Shown here one piece after another: positions 59,484 to 64,000 of a DNA stretch of 64,000 nt. Source of the DNA: an uncultured Bacteroidota bacterium (GTDB taxonomy: Bacteria; Bacteroidota; Ignavibacteria; UBA10030); the NCBI GenBank assembly GCA_963770945.1, contig CAVYRP010000013.1, positions 79,921 through 143,920 of the forward strand. Reading direction: 5' to 3'. Below the pieces are notes generated by a model that worked only from the letters and a program-made list of their open reading frames with translations, had not been told where the DNA came from and did not search any database. A program made the translations under genes and the position numbers. Within the stretch, counting starts at the first letter, position 1, and each line of letters begins with the position of its first letter.

Positions 59484-60916
59484 GTGAAAAATATTATGCT
59501 TCTTCTCTTTTTGTTTGCCGGTATTTCTTCAGGACAGACTTATGAGACATATTACACCGGATCAACCATGCGCGTCGATTATAATCATATCGGCACAAAA
59601 GGGCAGGAACAAATTACAATTGACAAAATGTATGAGGAAGGGCCATGGCCCGGCAGCAGAATCAATTTGCTGGATACGCTTAATCTTGGCGACAGCTTTG
59701 TAAAGGTAAGCGACCTCCAGACGAACGTACTGATATATTCGCGCGGGTATTCGACATTATTCGGCGAATGGCAGACAACGGATGAAGCAGCAAACGGCAC
59801 CTGGAAAACTTGTCAAGAAACTGTACGATTTCCATTCCCGAGAAGAAAGGTAATTATAGATTTCTATCGTCGGGATAAATTTGTCGGGCCTGGTGAAAAA
59901 ATGGCATTTCGCCAAATATTTTCGACAGTAATCGATCCGAATGATCCGACAGCGGTTAATCTCGAAAAACGAGCTAAAACATTTAATGTATTTAATGTGA
60001 TAAATAACGGATCGCTTAACGAAAAAGTGGACATCCTTATACTAGGGGACGGCTATGCAAAAGATGATATGGCTAAATTTCGGAAAGATGTAAAACATTT
60101 TTCCGAAACACTTTTTTCCTATACAGCCTTTTAAAAAACATAAAAACGATTTTAATGTCCGTGCAATGGAAGTAATTTCTGCTGAGTCCGGAGTTGATAA
60201 ACCGGACAAAAATATCTGGAAAAATACTGCACTGGGCACAATGTACAATGCATTCGGCTCACCACGATATATTTTAACCGAGGATAACCGAGAACCTGCG
60301 CGATATAGCAGGTACGGCACCTTATGATTTTTTCGTTATTCTAGTCAACGATAATCGATACGGCGGCGGTGGAATCTTCAACCTGTATGCAACATCATTC
60401 ACACAATCAGCTAGAAGCGGACAGGAATGGGAAATGGATTACGTGTTTGTACATGAGTTCGGTCATTGTTTTGCCGGTTTAGGAGATGAGTATTACAGTT
60501 CTCAAATATCTTATATAGATTTTTATCCGAAAGGGATAGAACCCTGGGAACCAAATGTAACACGAACAAATACAAAAGAGACGCTGAAATGGCGGAATTT
60601 CGTTTCCAATAATACGGCAATTCCAACGCCATGGCGTAAAATTGAGTACGACAGTATAGAAGCTCTCCGCAATAATTTGGATAGACTTGCGGAAGATTAC
60701 TACGACAAACGTGAAAATCTTCTCAAAAATTCAAAAGATATACTGGAAGATCCGGCATGGAGCGGGAAAGTTGGTGCATTTGAAGGTTCCGGATACACAC
60801 AAAAGGGAATGTACCGTCCTGCAATCGATTGTAAAATGTTTTCTTTGAGTCCAGCCGACTTCGATCCTGTATGTGCCGCGGCTATTGAAGAAATGATTAC
60901 GATGTATATCAAGTAA
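59484..60916 (+). CDS. M64-family (IgA-peptidase-like) zinc metallopeptidase, frame broken twice
   Basis: Signal peptide present. Contains ILGDGY, NDNRYGGGGIFNLYAT and VHEFGHCFAGLGDEYY. The breaks are in the T4 run at 60129..60132 and at about 60295. Both are net +1. Confidence 0.72.
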
Positions 60917-60956
60917 AAATTTTTGAGGTTAACTGTAAAATAGGAACTGACTGGAA

Positions 60957-61748
60957 ATGAACACAAAACCCATCACACTTATCACAGGTGCATCAAGCGG
61001 CATTGGACTAGAACTTGCAAAAATCTTTGCAAGGGATAAACATGATCTTGCCCTTGTTGCACGCAGCTATGAGAAACTTAAAATCATTGCTGAAAATTTG
61101 CAGCAAGAATACGGTGTGCAGGTGAATTGCTATATAAAAGATCTTTCTGTTTCTTCCACACCTGAAGAAATTTATGAAGTACTCCAATGTGAAGGGGGAA
61201 ATATTGATGTCCTTATCAACAATGCCGGATTCGGCTGGCGCGGTGAGTTTGCGAAAATGAATGTTGCCGATGCATTGGATATGATCCAGGTGAATATGAC
61301 CTCACTGACGCATCTCACTCAACTCTTGCTGCCGGGGATGATCGAACGAAGAAGCGGAAAAATAATGAACGTTGCGTCAACTGCCGCATTTCAACCCGGT
61401 CCGCTGATGGCGACCTATTATGCGTCTAAAGCTTATGTGTTAAATTTTTCACTGGCTCTTGCTGAAGAATTGCATGGAACAGGAGTGACAGTAACGGCAT
61501 TCTGTCCCGGTCCAACTGCAACGGAATTTGGAAAAAGAGCCGGCTTCATTAAAGAAAAAATACTCGGCGATCATTTCTCCATGGATGCTTCTATCGTAGC
61601 ACTTGACGGATATAGGGGATTGATGAAAGGCAGGCCGCTTGTTGTTTCTGGATGGAGAAATTGGCTGGGAACTCAACTTGTTCGTTTCCTGCCGCGGATG
61701 ATACCGGGAAAGTTGATAAAATCCGTTCAGAAAAAAAGAGGTGTCTGA
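60957..61748 (+). CDS. SDR-family oxidoreductase
   Basis: Contains TGASSGIGLE, NNAG and YYASKAYV. Confidence 0.88.
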   Translation: MNTKPITLITGASSGIGLELAKIFARDKHDLALVARSYEKLKIIAENLQQEYGVQVNCYIKDLSVSSTPEEIYEVLQCEGGNIDVLINNAGFGWRGEFAKMNVADALDMIQVNMTSLTHLTQLLLPGMIERRSGKIMNVASTAAFQPGPLMATYYASKAYVLNFSLALAEELHGTGVTVTAFCPGPTATEFGKRAGFIKEKILGDHFSMDASIVALDGYRGLMKGRPLVVSGWRNWLGTQLVRFLPRMIPGKLIKSVQKKRGV

Positions 61749-61815
61749 TAAAACGGTTTTAAATTCTATTTTCTCAATTCATTCTTATACCAGTTCGGGA
61801 ATGTAGGAATATTTC

Positions 61816-62757
61816 ATGGCCATTATTAAACCGCCTCGGCTGCGTAAAGGCGATGTCATCGGACTTATCGCACCGGCAAGCACTCCATCATCCGAAGAAA
61901 AGATACTTAAGGGCGCACTATATCTCGAGCAACTAGGATACCGCATTAAAACCGGCAAACATATCCGCACAGTATACGGATATCTTGCCGGGAACGATAA
62001 TGAAAGGGCTGCGGATTTTAACGAAATGGTCTGCGATAAGAACGTGAAAGCCATATTTGCTATCCGCGGCGGTTACGGCACTCCGCGTTTGCTGCAAATG
62101 ATCAATTACCGTGGACTAAAAATGCATCCCAAAATAATTGTCGGGTACAGCGATTTAACGGCATTGCAGCTAGCTGTCTTCCGCAAGATCGGACTAGTAA
62201 CCTTCTCCGGTCCAATGACGGGTTCTGACATGTGGAAGGATTTTGATGCATACGCGGAAGAACATTTTTGGCGTCTGCTCACATCTAATAAAAAAATCGG
62301 ACCGATGGACAATCCGGCTGACGAACCATTAACAATACTCCGGCATGGCAAAGCAAGCGGACATTTAGTGGGCGGGAATCTTTCACTCCTTTCATGTTTA
62401 ATGGGCACACCTTTTCAGCCGCCGATGAAAGATGCGATACTCTTTTTAGAGGACGTAGATGAATCGCCGCACAGGGTTGATCGAATAATGGCGCAGCTTT
62501 TCAATGCCGGAATTTTGCATAAACTTAAAGCTTTGATTTATGGCAAGTTCACCGACTGTGTACCCGGAAATCCGGACAATCCATCTCTAACAATAGATCA
62601 AATTCAAGAAGAATTCACACGGAAGATCAATTGTCCCGTTATAACAAACTTCCAGTATGGCCACATTCCGAGAAAACTTACAGTACCGATAGGATTGAAG
62701 GCTAGGATTGATACAGAACGCGGAAGAATTGAAGTCCCGGAAAATGGAGTAATATGA
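61816..62757 (+). CDS. LD-carboxypeptidase (S66 family, LdcA/MccF-like)
   Basis: Contains GDVIGLIAPAS, IFAIRGGYG and the nucleophile motif VGYSDLTAL, with the C-terminal His/Glu region GHIP. Confidence 0.85.
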   Translation: MAIIKPPRLRKGDVIGLIAPASTPSSEEKILKGALYLEQLGYRIKTGKHIRTVYGYLAGNDNERAADFNEMVCDKNVKAIFAIRGGYGTPRLLQMINYRGLKMHPKIIVGYSDLTALQLAVFRKIGLVTFSGPMTGSDMWKDFDAYAEEHFWRLLTSNKKIGPMDNPADEPLTILRHGKASGHLVGGNLSLLSCLMGTPFQPPMKDAILFLEDVDESPHRVDRIMAQLFNAGILHKLKALIYGKFTDCVPGNPDNPSLTIDQIQEEFTRKINCPVITNFQYGHIPRKLTVPIGLKARIDTERGRIEVPENGVI

Positions 62758-62789
62758 TTCACAAAGAATGGATGTTTATTCTCTGCAAG

Positions 62790-63461
62790 TCATTGTCCGG
62801 CGTCGAGATTCTTTCCTTTATTTCGTTGTTCAAGAAAGTGGCGCACAAATTCTACTAATGCCGGGATACCGGGAATAAGAATAAGTGCGATGATCACCAA
62901 ACTAAAATTTTGTTTGATAATCGGAACGTTTCCAAAAAAGTACCCGCCGAATAAGAACAGCAGAACCCATAATACTCCGCCGCTCAGATTATAGATCATG
63001 AAACGCGGATAAGTCATACTACCGATACCGGCAACAAATGGAGCAAATGTTCGAATAATAGGAAGAAACCTCGCAATAATTATAGTTTTACCGCCATGCT
63101 TTTCGTAGAATTTATGTGTGCGGTGAAGGTATTCTTTATTAAGAAACCTGACCCGTTCTTTATGAAATACTTTCGGGCCGATATAATGTCCGATCCAATA
63201 ATTGACTGTATCTCCGACAAATGCAGCGGTAATAAAAATAACCAAAGCAATCCAAATATCAAGAGCACCGATTGCTGCAAGTGAGCCGACTGCAAAGAGA
63301 AGTGAATCGCCCGGCAAGAAAGGTGTGACTACCAAACCGGTTTCGCAGAAAATTATAAGAAATAGAATTGCATAAATCCACATTCCGTACAAATCACAAA
63401 GCATAATCAAGTGTTTATCGATGTGAAGAACGAAATCAATTATTTGTTGCAGGAATTCCAT
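62790..63461 (-). CDS. DedA/VTT-domain membrane protein
   Basis: Contains VVTPFLPGDSLLFAVGSLA and GKTIIIARFLPIIRTFAPFVAG. Confidence 0.85.
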   Translation of the reverse strand: MEFLQQIIDFVLHIDKHLIMLCDLYGMWIYAILFLIIFCETGLVVTPFLPGDSLLFAVGSLAAIGALDIWIALVIFITAAFVGDTVNYWIGHYIGPKVFHKERVRFLNKEYLHRTHKFYEKHGGKTIIIARFLPIIRTFAPFVAGIGSMTYPRFMIYNLSGGVLWVLLFLFGGYFFGNVPIIKQNFSLVIIALILIPGIPALVEFVRHFLEQRNKGKNLDAGQ

Positions 63462-63476
63462 AAATTTATAACTCCA

Positions 63477-63505
63477 CTGCGGCGCACTTTAAAAGCACGC
63501 CGCAG
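63477..63505 (-). terminator. GC hairpin after the FKBP gene
   Basis: An 8-bp stem joins ctgcggcg (63477..63484) to cgccgcag (63498..63505). No U-tract. Confidence 0.35.
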
Positions 63506-63517
63506 AAGGGTTGTCCA

Positions 63518-64000
63518 TTATTTAATTGCGATCAATTCAACATCGAAAATTAATGCGGCATTCGGACCGATTGTTTGTCCTGCACCATTAGTGCCGTAGG
63601 CAAGATTCGCCGGAATAAAGAGCTGCCATTTTGAACCGACTGGCATAAGCTGCAGAGCTTCGGTCCATCCTTTAATCACTTCCCCGACACCAAATTCCGT
63701 CGGTTCTCCTCGTTTATATGAACTGTCAAATTCGGTTCCGTCAATAAGCGTTCCACGGTAATGACACTTTACTTTTTGATCTTTTGTAGGTTTGGGCCCG
63801 TCACCTGATTTAATTATTTTATATTGCAGTCCGCTCGGCAATGTTACAACACCTTCTTTATTCTTATTTGCCTCAAGAAACGCTTCACCTTCTTTTGCAT
63901 TCTTTTCACCGTCAATTTTTTGCTTTGCCTGCATCTTAGTCATCATTTCCTGTTGAAAAGCTGTAAGTGTTGCTTCCATATCCACATCGCTCATTGCTGT
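63518..64000 (-). CDS. FKBP-type peptidyl-prolyl cis-trans isomerase (FkpA/Mip-like), 5' end beyond the window
   Basis: Contains LPSGLQYKIIKSGDG...HYRGTLIDGTEFDSSY...VIKGWTEALQLMPVGSKWQLFIPANLAYG. A helical N-terminal region precedes it, and the frame is open at the window edge. Confidence 0.88.
   Translation of the reverse strand, partial: TAMSDVDMEATLTAFQQEMMTKMQAKQKIDGEKNAKEGEAFLEANKNKEGVVTLPSGLQYKIIKSGDGPKPTKDQKVKCHYRGTLIDGTEFDSSYKRGEPTEFGVGEVIKGWTEALQLMPVGSKWQLFIPANLAYGTNGAGQTIGPNAALIFDVELIAIK

Noticed and set aside
1-64000. A search for mobile-element, prophage or defence-system genes (transposase, integrase, recombinase, reverse transcriptase, Cas, restriction-modification, toxin-antitoxin), and for rRNA and tRNA genes.
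   Set aside because: I recognised none in any frame or intergenic region by eye. The GNAT genes look like ordinary housekeeping acetyltransferases without antitoxin partners. HMM, tRNAscan and Infernal scans are needed for a definitive negative.

Overview
This 64-kb chromosomal segment is AT-rich by eye and probably comes from an FCB-group bacterium (Ignavibacteria/Bacteroidota-like). Support for that: a T9SS C-terminal sorting domain on a secreted M1 peptidase, a type III glutamine synthetase, and DUF2851/DUF2911/DUF1460-type genes. Most content is housekeeping, envelope and transport: glnS, yicC-gmk-rpoZ-coaBC, family-4 UDG, dnaB, carB, pyrF, cydAB, rubrerythrin, larE-larB, a MacAB-type ABC efflux operon and glnN. 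It also holds an SQR-like flavoprotein with TusE/DsrC- and DsrE-like partners, a NarL-type two-component system, and a Mg2+ block (corA, an MgtE_N+CBS protein, an Nramp-related Mg2+ transporter). I recognised no rRNA, tRNA, CRISPR array, transposase, integrase or defence-system gene. Major caveat: about 28 reading-frame breaks interrupt 16 otherwise well-conserved genes, including glnS, carB and gmk. About 9 in 10 are net single-base insertions, which points to uncorrected sequencing or assembly indels rather than true pseudogenes. The most interesting items are: (1) a mosaic of hairpin repeats with compensatory stem changes, plus a 45-nt repeat carrying invariant promoter-like hexamers, flanking an outer-membrane gene at 4.6-5.9 kb; (2) an operon pairing a soluble MgtE_N/CBS Mg2+-sensor-like protein with an Nramp homologue that has the NRMT metal-site signature; (3) a GC-rich, interleaved-helix element in an AT-rich gene desert at about 37.94-38.06 kb; (4) two SD-preceded small ORFs sharing a polyproline-Lys motif upstream of a polytopic histidine kinase; (5) a duplicated 3' end of the UDG gene. 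I found no clear novel multi-gene system, and all functional calls rest on motif recognition by eye.
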